From assembly GCF_009914755.1 (NCBI RefSeq), contig NC_060927.1: 64,000 nucleotides of DNA; one strand, given 5' to 3'. The notes under the pieces are model-generated. The model was not told the DNA's origin. It searched no databases and worked only from the letters and a program-made list of their open reading frames with translations. Source of the DNA: the human T2T-CHM13v2.0 reference genome, Homo sapiens. The translations under genes were made by a program, and so were the position numbers. Below are positions 53,341 through 64,000 of the stretch, piece by piece (within the stretch, counting starts at the first letter, position 1; each line of letters opens with the position of its first letter).

Positions 53341-56229
53341 AAAATGAGTTCACTCTAGGTGTGTGGATTTGTTTCTGGGTTCTCTGTTCTATTCCATTGG
53401 TCTATGTGTCTGTTTTTGTGCCAGTACCATGCTGTTTTGGTTACTATAGCTCTATCTGTAGTATAAAGTCAGGTAACATGACTTCTCCAGCTTGTTCTTT
53501 TGCTCAGGATAGTTTGGCTATTCTGGGTCTTTTGTGATTCTATATAAATTTTAGGATTGTTTTATTTGTGTCTGTGTTGAATGTAATTGGTATTTTGATA
53601 GGGATTGCATTGAATCTGTACACTGCTTTGGGTAGTATGAACATTTTAATAATATTGATTCTTCCAATCCATGAACATGGACTATCTTTCCATTTTTTGG
53701 TGTCCCTTCAATTTCTTTCATCAGTGTTTTATAGTTTTCATTGTAGAGAACTTTTACTTCTTTGCTTCAGTTAATTCCTAGGTATTTTATTTTATTTTGT
53801 AACTATTGTAAGTGAGATTACTTTATTGATTTGTTTTTCAGATTTTTTGCTGTTTATATAAATGCTACTGATTTTTGTAAGTTGATCTTGTATCCTGCAA
53901 CTTCACTGAATTTGTTTAATCAGATCTAATAATTTTTTGGGGAAGTCTTTAGGTTTTTCCAAATATAAGATCATTTCATCTGCAAGCAAGGATAATTTGA
54001 CATTTTCCTTTCCAATTTCGAAACACTTTATATCTTTTTCTTGTCTGGTTGCTGTAGTGAGGACTTCCACTACTATGTTGAATAACACTGGCAAAAGTGG
54101 GCATCCTTGTTGTGTTCCAGATATAAGAGGAAAGGCTTTCAGTTCTTCCCCATTCAGTATGATACTAGCTGTAGATCTGTCATATATGGCTTTTATTATG
54201 TTAAGGTATATTCCTTCTATACCCAGTTTTTTTGAGGGTTTTTACCATGAAGGGATGTCAAATTTTATCAAATGCTTTTTCAGCATCAATTGAAATAATC
54301 ATATGATGTTTGTCCTTCATTCTTTTATATGATGTACCACATTTATTGATTTGCATATGTTGAACCATCCTTGCATCTCTGGAATAAATCCCTGGAATGC
54401 ATCCCTGGAATAAATAAGTTCATGATGAATGAACTTTTTAATGTGTTGTTGAATTCCGTTTGCTAGTATTTTGTTGAGGGTTTTTGCATCAATGATTATC
54501 AGGGATATTGGCCTGTAGTTTTATTTTTATGATGTGTATTTGGGTGGTTTTGATATCAGGGTATTACTGGCCTCATAGAATGCCAATAGGTAGTTTTTCA
54601 ACACTTATCCCTCTCTCTCTCTCTCCCCACTCTAGTAATCCTTAGTATCTCTTTTCTCACCTTTGTGTCCATGTGTACTTAAGGAGTTTAGCTCCCACTT
54701 ATGAGTGAGAACATGCAGCACTTGGTTTTCTGTTCCTGCACTAATTCACTTAGGATAGTGGCCTCCACCTACATCCATGTTGCTGCAAAGGCCAGAATTC
54801 ATTCCTTTTTATGGCTGCATAGAATTCCAGGGTATATATGTACCAAATTTGCTTTATCCAGTCCACTACTGATGGGTATCTATGTTGATTTGATGTCTTT
54901 GATATTGTGAATAGTGCTGTGAGGAACACATGCATACATGTGACTTTTTGGTAGAATAAATTATATTCCTTTGGGAATATACCCAGTAATGGGATTGCTT
55001 GGTTGAATGGTAGTTCTAAGTTCTTTGAAAAAACACAAATTGCTTTCCACAGAACATAGATCTTACATTTTTTCCTCCCAGTGCTTTCCTCTCAGTATTA
55101 TCACCTCTTTTAACAATACAACACCTTTTGGATGCTCTATCCATCTTGAAAACACCTGTATCAGCAGACAGCAGAATATGCTAGGAATCATGAAGCAAAT
55201 TAAATGTCAAGCAGAAATGAGTCAATGTGCCCTGTGTTTCATTAACACCACCCAGTGAAGTTACAAATTCTGCCTGAATTGAAATGTAAGCCACATCAAG
55301 ATCAGAGGGCCTGTGCTTGGATCTGTTTTCCTCCTGAGTTATGAAAGGCTGAGTTGTTACTATTGAACTAAAAAAACAAGGCTATCCTTGAGCCACCAGT
55401 GTCATTTTCAATCTTATCTGGCCAGTACCTTCTCTGTTTCTTCTGTTGCTCCCTTGTTACTAGTGTCCAAAGTGGGTAGCCTGTTTTTGTACTGAAAGAG
55501 AGCAGGATCTTCATGCTCAAACACTCTACTCACTTCATTACTATTTCATTACTGAATGTCTTTTCTAATATTCCTAAACTATACCCCTAATCTTGACATG
55601 AGCGATTAGTACAATTTTTATAAAAATTGTCTTCCACAAGATCATCCACGGGTGGGTGATGCCTAAAGATGATGATGCATTTTCTTTCATGCACTAATTA
55701 CTGCAAAAAAAAGCAGGAGCCCATGTGAGTCACCTGAGACCAGGGTGATGATTTTACAGTCAGCAGCAGCATCCAACTTCCCCTCACCTCATTTCCAAAT
55801 CCTACTGTTTTTTTTTTCCCTTCTCCTCCAATTTGTTCTCTACTTTTCTGTGCCTGCAAGGTAACAGTAGATTTTAAAATGGGCTGTTAGAGTAGTGAGA
55901 TATTATTGTGAAACAGCAAACATACATTATTTGATAATCATAAGCAGAAGAGGTCTTGGGGAACAGTCATATGATTACAAGCCTTATATTTCACAAGCTG
56001 AAGATTTGAGGACAGAATATCACAAACAATGTGAGTTCTGGAGGTTAGTTCTGATTTATCTATTTTGCTTATGTCAAGGTTAGTCTTTATGTGCTTCCAG
56101 TTCTCCAAAGGTGTCCATGGCTCCTGGATACCAGATTTCCTATTTTATTTCTTAAATTTTAGGTTTGAGGTGAATGGCATAGTGGCTAAGAGCAAGCACC
56201 TGGAAGCCTACTGAGGATTTGTGCCCTCT

Positions 56230-56690
56230 CTTTTTATCCTAATCGGTATGACTAGAAACTTTTCAACTTTTTGGATTTCCTCAAGGAATTATAGTTTCAC
56301 TGAGTTTCTCTGTTTTTTTAAATTGTTGTTTAATTCCTGTTTTGATCTTTACTATTTCATTTATTCCACTGACTTTAAGTTTAATTTGCCCTTTTCTCTA
56401 GTTTCTTAGGTCGAAGCTGAGATCATAATTTAGACCTTTCTTTGGTCAAGTATAGGTATTTTAGGCTATACATCTTCCTCTATATACTGCTTCAGTGGCA
56501 TCCCACAAATTTTGAAATGTGCTTACCTTGTTTTTTAGTTTGAAATGCTTTGTAATTTCTCTTTGAATTTCTTCTTTGATCTATGGGTTATTTGGATGTA
56601 CCTTATCTAATTTCCAAATATATTGGGATTTTCCACAGATTTTTCTGTTATTGATTTCTAATTCAATTCTGTTGTGTTTAGAGAACCTGC
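56230..56690 (-). mobile_element. Old L1M ORF2 fragment
   Basis: atactgcttcagtggcatcccacaaattttga; tctgttattgatttctaattcaattc. Confidence 0.7.
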
Positions 56691-57014
56691 TCTAAGGGGA
56701 AGACAGCAAAGCATTAATTGAAGGAGATAAATTTCTTCCTTTTCAAAACAATGTGTTTAAGGCAGAAAAAAACCTTGACTAAGAGTCAGAAGCTCTGCTA
56801 TCTAGTCTCAGCTCCTCCACAATCAGCTCAGTGGCCTTTCACATTTTCCTTCAAAATTTTTCAGTCTGAAATGCCCTTTCATTCATCAGTAGACAGTCAT
56901 ATGGCTTGAACACTCAGTTCCTTCAGGTCTGCACTTTGAAAGAAAATAAAACAAGATAAGGGGAAAAGGAAGGCACTATATTACAGAGGCTGCTTACAGA
57001 AGGCTTCTCTCTTT

Positions 57015-58500
57015 TTGAAATTGGATAGTGACAATTTATAATTGTATGTATTTATGGGGTACAAAATGATATATGTATACCATGTGGAATTACTGACTCA
57101 AACTCATTGAAATATCTATCAATCACCTCAAATATTTATCACTTACTCCTCAGGTCTAACTGAACATTGTGTTTTTTGACCAACATATGCCATTCCTCCC
57201 ACTCCCCAGACTCAAGTAAGCACCATTCTGTACTCAACTTCTATGTATTCAATTTTTTAGCTTCCACACGTAAGTGAGATCATGCAGTATATCCTTTTTG
57301 TGCCTGGCTCATTTCATTTAGCACAATGTACTGCAGGTTCATACATGTTGTCACAAAGGACGTAATTTCCCCTTTTCAAGACTGAGTAATATTCCATCAT
57401 GTGTTTATAACACATTTTTAAAATCCATTCATCTGTTGATGGATACTTAATTTGATTCCATAACTGGGCTATTGTGAATAATGCTGCAATAAACATGGAA
57501 GTGCAGATATTTCTTTAACATGCTGATTTCAAATCCTTGGCTATATACCCAGAAGTGGGATTGCTGGATCATATGACAATTCTATTTGTAGTTTTTGAGA
57601 AACTCCATACTGTTTTCCATAGTAGCAGTGGTAATTTACATTTCCACCAACAGGGTGCAAGGGTTCCTTTTTCTGCACATTCTTGCCAACACTTGTTAAA
57701 TTTCATCTTTTTGTTAATAGCCATTCTGACATGTATGAGATAATATCTCATTGTGGTTTTAATTTGCATTTCTTTAATGATTAGGGATGTTGAGCATTTT
57801 TAATGTATCTGTTGACCACTTGTATATCTTCTTTTGAGAAATGTCTATTCATGTCCTTTGACCATTCTTAAATTGGGTTGTTTTATTGCTATTGGGTTAC
57901 TTGAGTTCCTTATATATTTGGGATATTAACCCTTTGCCAGATGTATGGTGATATGGTTTGACTGTGTCCCCACCCAAATCTCATCTTTAATTGTAGTTCC
58001 CATAATCCCCACGTGTTGTGGGAGGGACTCAATGGGAGTTAATTAAATCACAGGGGGCAGTTACCCCCATGCTGTTCTCATGATAGTGAGTTCTCATAAG
58101 ATCTGACAGTTTTATAAAGGAATTTTCCCCCTTTGCTTGGCACTTCTCCTTCCTGCTACTATGTGAAGGACATGTTTGCTTCCCCTTCTGTCATGATTGT
58201 AAGTTTCCTGAGGCATCCCCAGCCCTACAAACCTGTGAATCAATTAAACCTCTTTCCTTTATAAACTACCCAGTCTTGAGTATTTCTTTATAGCAGTGTG
58301 AGAATGGACTAATACATATGGCTTGCAAATATTTTCTACCATTCCATAAGTTGTCTTTTCAGTCTGATAATTGTTTCTTTGCTGTGCAGAAGACTTTTCA
58401 TTTGATGTAATCATATTTGTCTTTTGTTGTTGTTGTGTTGTCTGAGCATTTGGTATCAAATCTAAAAAATTATTGCCTAGACCAATGTCATACGGTTTTA
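57015..58500 (-). mobile_element. L1MA (MA6-9-like) 3' portion, split by THE1 LTR
   Basis: MFIAALFTIAQLWNQIKYPSTDEW and [14 protein letters not shown]2 peptides; L1MA 3'UTR. Confidence 0.85.
57949..58316 (+). mobile_element. THE1 (THE1B/C-like) MaLR solo LTR
   Basis: tgatatggtttgactgtgtccccacccaaatctc...gaatggactaataca; perfect 5-bp TSD TATGG (57944-48, 58317-21). Confidence 0.92.
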
Positions 58501-58796
58501 GCAAAGGTTTTTCTTATATTTGAGCAAATAGTTGAAGCAAATGAGGGTTCAAGTTATATGAATATCTCTTAATGAATGAAAGAGAATTTCAGGCTGAAAA
58601 ATAGAGAAGGAAAGAAAATAACATGAAGGCCTATCAGAGAGGGTTAAGTAAATTATAGCCTATACATTTAAGAGAAAACTATGCAGACATTAAGAAGGTT
58701 GATCTATATTAATACTCAATAGCATAGAAAGATTTCTTTAATAATTTCTTGAGTTGAAAACAAGCAAGTGTATAATTTTATTCTATTTATATAAAA

Positions 58797-58852
58797 GTGT
58801 GTGTGTGTGTGTGTGTGTGTGCGTGCGTGCATGCCTGCATGTTTGTGTGTGT
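58797..58852 (+). repeat. (GT)n / (GTGC)n microsatellite
   Basis: Directly visible. Confidence 0.9.
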
Positions 58853-59276
58853 GGAGGCAATGTATACATAGAGAAATATCTAGAAAGATGGTTATAAAAT
58901 GTTCATAATGGTGATCTATTAGACATACACAAAAATAAAGATGATTGAATAATATTTATAGCCTGTCTGTCTCACCAGAACATAAACTCTATGAAAACAG
59001 GAACTTAGCTTTGTTCACTACTTCATTCCTACTATCTAGATACATAATGAATGAATCAGCAAAGGAAAGAAGAAAATACAGGGCCTATACATGGACCAAA
59101 TAATAGCTCAGATTACTGGAGTTCAAAGGCATGCAGGGGAGCAAAGGAGATAACAGTAGATACCTGAGCAGATCTGATTGGGCAGAGCTTTGAATCCCAG
59201 CATAAACCTGGACTTCATGCTTCAGGAAATGGGTAGATATTGCTCACTGAGATGAGGAGGTGGAGGATGGATTTTC

Positions 59277-62273
59277 TTTCTTTTTTTTTTAAGTGTAAGT
59301 ATGGACTTTATTTTTTTAAAAAAAAGTATTTTGAGAACTACAAATTATGAAGTAAAATCAGATCACTATGTAGAAATCTAGTGAATACATTTGCCTGTGA
59401 ATGAAAACTTTATCAAAGTTATTCCTTTAACAAATTCAACCCATTCACAATATTAAGTTATAGTATTCTTTTTAAGGTTACTATACCTTTATTTCAAATT
59501 ATATGACATGTTATTCCTTCAAAATGAACTTTTAAACGACAAACTTTTGGCTCATAAGAATGGCACCTTCAAAAGGGGCGATTTCCACTCAGTCTCTGGT
59601 GGCATTATCCCAGGCTAGTTTCTTTCACCAGTTAAAAACCTTCAAAATGTTCACTTTTAACACAAAGTCTTTCTATAAAAAGTGTGGCTACATTTCCCCC
59701 CTCCCCCCACCACCAATGACTACATACACAGATGGGTAGCAGCAAGAAAAGCTGAAAATAAAAAGGCAACCATGAAAATAAATGGATCAATTGTATACAA
59801 GAAATATTTGGCTCATGGCAATTAAAAATGGCAACTAGGGTATGTTAATAGCCAAAGGCTTCAGTCATTACAGAATATGTTAAGAGAATGAAGCCAGTCC
59901 AGTATGACCAAGTAGGAATATATAATTGTCATTGCACTTCATTTGTTATAGCAAATGCTCTAAGCCAATAGGAAATCTAAGCTATATCTAGATTCTCAAT
60001 TAGAACAAGCTGACCTTTAACATTGTCAACAATTTTTACTGGGTTTAGTACATCAGTCATTTTCTTTACTCAAACTCCTTTATGAGTCTTTTCCTATCAA
60101 TCTAAGGGTATTCTGTGCATAAAATACCTTAAATGATAAGACTTTTCTAAGGTTCATTTGAAAATGGTTGTATAAAAAAAATACCCATTTGTTTTGCCTG
60201 GAAAGATACAAACTAAATGCAGAAGTTTCTCAAGGGGAAAATCTCATCTTTCTTCTTCCCGCCACCTCTGCCACATTTTGATTTCCTAAACTTTTCAAGT
60301 CTGTTCTCCATGGCTTCTCTAAGGATAAAACCCAGAGAGCAAACAATTGAGCTTTAGGACAACTGGAGTTAAAACAAACAAACAAACAAAAAAAGTTAAT
60401 GGCAAGCAATGGTCCACATACTCAAGATTCATGTTAAACGAATTCAATTATTACATATGGGTTTTTCATTGATGAGTAGGGCCCTGGGCATGCCATATTA
60501 TCACGCAAATCATTGCCTTTGAGACTTTGGACACTTTTACAGTTTAATTTGCAAACAGAATTTTTATAATAAATTATTTTTTAACTAAATCATATCTTGA
60601 AAACTGTTTATAGAAAACCCAGGGAATAAAGTGAACTGTTCATTGTGGAAGGTCTTAAATTATTACAGTAGAAAATACAGGCGGTAGAAGATAACTGAAA
60701 AGACTAATGCAACATTAGATTCAAATCTATATCTCCTGTAGCTACTTAAAACATGGTTTTAGAAACTAAACCCAACATTTCCAGCAACCATAGAAACAGT
60801 TAAAATAAAATTTGCCATGAAAGCCCTTATATCATGCTTGATACAGGGAGGTAGGAAGATGTAAGAACCAGGACACATGAGACAGGACATTTTATCTACA
60901 ACTCCTGTTTGCTTTACTGAGGGTGTAGTTTCAAAATTCAGTCACCTTCTTCAGCTTCAGATTCAGATTCTTCTTCAGCATTTTTGAGCCACTCTCCAAA
61001 CTTTTTCATTTGCTCAAGGAAAACACTCTTCCCCTTTGCAACATGTGTACCTTTATACCACTTCAAAATGGTCTCTTTGCTCAGGACTACAGCTTTATAA
61101 AAAGCACCACTATTTTCCGTAAGGCTTTCATGAAATGAATGTTGTCATAGCAATACTCCTGAATCTTCAGTAACAGGGTCAGCTCAGACTGACTTTGAGT
61201 AGTAAAGGCAGCAAGTAGAGGGCTGTGTTGCTTCAAGTGTTTGATGGCTTGCTCTGCTACAATCTCCTCTCTTTTGTTCCATTCCACAGCGCTCATTACA
61301 TTTGACCAGACTATTTCGATGACAACTGGTTCTGGGATGTTGTTTTTTTTCATCTCCTCCTTGACATATAAAATTATAACCTTAAATGGATCCCCACGGG
61401 ACATCTGTTCTTGAAGTTCTTTCTGCAGCTCCTTACAAGCTCTGATGGTTTGCTGATTCCGAACATATTCTGAAAGCTCTTTCAGGCCTGCCTCAGTAAA
61501 ATACTTCGTGAAGTGTTGAACGCTTTGCTTATTGGCAGGAAAAAGTTCCATCAGGCTGTTATCCATGCTGACTTTCCTTGCAGTTACTGCATTGATATCT
61601 TTTTCATTTATACATGATTTAAATAGCTTTCCAGCAAAAGCTGTTGAAACCCCTTCTTTAACCAAATTCTCATTATAAAGGCTATTAAGAATGGATGCTA
61701 TTAGCCAGAAGAACACCAGTCAACATAGCCAGTTTTTTCCTCTCCGAGTCTGAAAAACCCTTTCAGAACACCAGCAGCCTTTTTACTTCATCTTCACAAC
61801 ATTTCTCAAGGTATTTGTAGTGCCTGATTAACTTGTTAAAAACCTGAGCAAATGCTTGCATGGTCTCTAGGTCTTCTTGGGCTGCAAACACGCAGACATC
61901 TGTACGCATGATGTCATCTGCCAGTGTACCACCTGGGGCCAGCATTCCACCACCCACCAGAATGTCAAAGAGTGTTTCTGCACATCGACGGTAATCAAGT
62001 TTTGTTCCAGAAAAGCATCAAGGAACTTAGCTACTGCTTCCAAATCAGTACCAGTTTCAGTTAAGCCTTGAATAACGTAGTCCTGAAACTGAGTAGGGTC
62101 AAACCTCTCTTTTTCATCTCTTTTTCTGGTTTTAAAATACTGGGCCTGATAGCGTTGGCTTTTGCTGCTTTTGATTACTCATAAAAGACACCCGAATTTA
62201 AGGTGATGAGGAAAGAGCCAGAAATCCCCAATGTAGTGGCAACTGCCATGGTGTCTCCTCTGCAACCAGAACT
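59277..62273 (-). pseudogene. BZW1P1: Processed pseudogene (retrocopy) of BZW1 (5MP2) including 5'UTR, disabled CDS (~62182..60938), ~1.65 kb 3'UTR and poly(A) remnant
   Basis: The minus strand translates as [13 protein letters not shown]...[13 protein letters not shown]...[18 protein letters not shown]...[12 protein letters not shown] = BZW1, with no introns, frameshifts and an in-frame TGA at 61763-65. Poly(T) at 59277-59290 on +. Perfect TSD GAGGATGGATTTTC at 59263-76 and 62274-87. The P1 numbering is from recollection of the locus next to FNDC3B and is less certain than the BZW1 identity. Confidence 0.93.
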
Positions 62274-62849
62274 GAGGATGGATTTTCACACCACCGTCTA
62301 GCCTGATGGATGCTCTTAACCATCTCTCACTACAAAACAAACTCCGTGAATAAACAAGGCATTCAGACATCTTTCAGGCTCATGATAGAGAGTTTTAAAC
62401 CAGTTAAGGCTTTAGGGCTTAACATTCGCTTGCTGGTTGATGAAGGCCCAGAAAACAAAGTGAAAATGCTTCCATTTCCCCATTTCAATCTGTGCGCCAC
62501 CATCTGCCGTGCTGATTCCCATGATGGCTGCCATGGTGAAGATAGAAAAGGAATGGCCCAGGAACCAGAGTCTCATTGATGCCAACACAAGATAGACTCA
62601 CAGCCCTGAGGTCAAGAAATCTTTCTTTCTGATACTTTGTCTTAAGCAGTGCCGGGACTTTTCACTTTTTATACTAGGGCCTTGTGTAGGCAAGCACAGG
62701 CGACTGAATTGGTTCCATGGACCAACCCTTTGATCATACCATATGTGGAAACAATACTGCACTATTTGTCTTTTCTCCCTTTGAGAAGTCCTTAATTATT
62801 ATTGAAGGGATGTTTCCTATTATTCATCCTGTCTCCTTCAACGCAACCC

Positions 62850-63400
62850 CACCAGCAGACAGACTGGTCTTCCTTAAATGCAAATGCTACCCCTTCACTC
62901 ACTCTCCCACTACAACCCTTCGTTGGCTGTACATTGCTTTTAGGATACTCATGTTGTCTGTCCCTGGCATAGCCTCCAAGGCCCTATCTCCAGAACAGTG
63001 TCCACCTTAGGCCACCCTCTCTCTTGCCCTCTAGGCTCCAGCACTCTGACATTCCTTCAGCTCCTCAAACATGTCATGTTCCTTCCTAACTCAGACCTTT
63101 CCCACGCTGTTCTTTATGCCTGGAATCGTACTCCTCCCTTCAGCAATCCGGTCAGCTGCCACTTATCCTTTAAATTATGGTATAAATGTCACTACCCCAG
63201 GGGTGCCCTCCTCAGTGTCATGCCCCAGACCAGCCTGGGTAAATGTAAAAGAGGCTCCCACAGCATCTACCTAGAGCTTCTCTACCATAGCACATAACTC
63301 ACCTACAGTTAAATAATTATTGGGCAATTATTTGTTCAACATGAGTTTTCCCCATTGGACAAATCAACTTGGTCCCAGCATAGTGCTGCCATGTGTGATC
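62850..63400 (+). mobile_element. L2 LINE fragment
   Basis: ctccagcactctgacattccttcagctcctcaaacatgtcatg..ttcccacgctgttctttatgcctggaat L2-like motifs. Confidence 0.6.
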
Positions 63401-63557
63401 TTTTTAAACCTTTTTTTTTTCAGTGCTATTCTCATTGTACAATGTCAGTAAGTTAATAATGAGTGGAGTGAGAGAAAGTGGATACTGTATATTTCAACCA
63501 GTTTGGCTGTAAAGGGGAGGAGAGAGATAGGATAGGAGCTGGAGGGCACTGTGGAAG

Positions 63558-63932
63558 TGTCTTAACCAGCTCAGGCTGCCATCACAAAATACCACAGACT
63601 GTGTGGCTTAAACAAGTGATACGCATTTCTCACAGTTCTGGAGGCTGGAAGTCCCAGCTCCAGGTGCCAGCATGGTTGGCGTCTGGTGAGTGCTCTCTTT
63701 CTGGCTTGCAGACAGCTGCCTTCCCACTTTGTCCTCATTTGGTGGAGGGTGGGTGAGTTCTGGTCTCTTCCTCTTCTTTTAAGGACAGCAATCCCGTTAT
63801 GAGGACCCCACTCTCATGACTTCATCTAAACCTAGTTACCTGCCAAAGGTCCCATCTCCGAATATCATCATATTAGGGTTTAGGTTTCAACATATGAATT
63901 TAGCAGAGGGATGTCAAAATTCAATCCATAGA
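63558..63932 (-). mobile_element. MLT1A-like MaLR LTR
   Basis: ggctgccatcacaaaataccacagact..ggcttaaacaa..tctcacagttctggaggctggaagtcc...ttcaacatatgaattt. Confidence 0.8.
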
Positions 63933-64000
63933 AGGGATTAAGCAAAGTCTTTTTATGACAGGAAATCTTGAACAGGCTTAAACACTGATGGTAGATGCCA

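Larger units (their letters stand above)
51461..54582 (-). mobile_element. L1MA1-3-like element (3'UTR plus ORF2 C-terminal part)
   Basis: ttttgtgggtacataataggtgtatat...tacaaacaatccaattatactc 3' end; ORF2 peptides [18 protein letters not shown] and [18 protein letters not shown]. Confidence 0.88.
51350..55050 (-). mobile_element. Old L1PA (PA13-16-like) 3' end split into 51350-51460 and 54583-55050 by a nested L1MA
   Basis: gctgaggtttggggtatgaat..ccacccaggtagtgagcatagtacccaacaggta continues as ccaataggtagtttttcaac...ttagctcccacttatgagtgagaacatgc. Confidence 0.8.

Noticed and set aside
54378-54415. Small ctggaat repeat cluster inside L1 (similar ttgttgcaca repeat at ~52950-52980)
   Set aside because: Tiny slippage duplications within a dead L1; no sign of function.
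62175-62249. Kozak-like ACCATGG upstream ATG in the BZW1 retrocopy 5'UTR
   Set aside because: It is 67 nt upstream of the BZW1 ATG (out of frame) and closes after 24 codons; there is no evidence the copy is transcribed.

Overview
This window is primate (almost certainly human) genomic DNA, not microbial. It is AT-rich, CpG-depleted and dense in Alu, L1, MIR, L2, MaLR/ERV LTR and MER DNA-transposon relics. It holds the 3' end of FNDC3B on the + strand: two internal coding exons (13342-13508, 16037-16164) and the terminal exon (CDS 32260-32571, encoding the end of an FN3 domain plus a C-terminal transmembrane anchor), followed by a ~3.2 kb 3'UTR with three candidate poly(A) sites. A repeat-rich intergenic stretch follows, then a near full-length processed pseudogene of BZW1 on the - strand (59277-62273) with a perfect 14-bp target-site duplication. 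I found no evidence of a new multi-gene biological system, and almost all ORFs in the track are repeat-derived or random. The best leads are unexplained short-range duplications of non-repeat DNA, a template-switch-like palindromic scar, nested retroelements that record insertion order, a possible L1 3' transduction, and 3'UTR alternative-polyadenylation/miRNA architecture. Repeat subfamily calls come from memory of consensus sequences, and most repeat boundaries are approximate.
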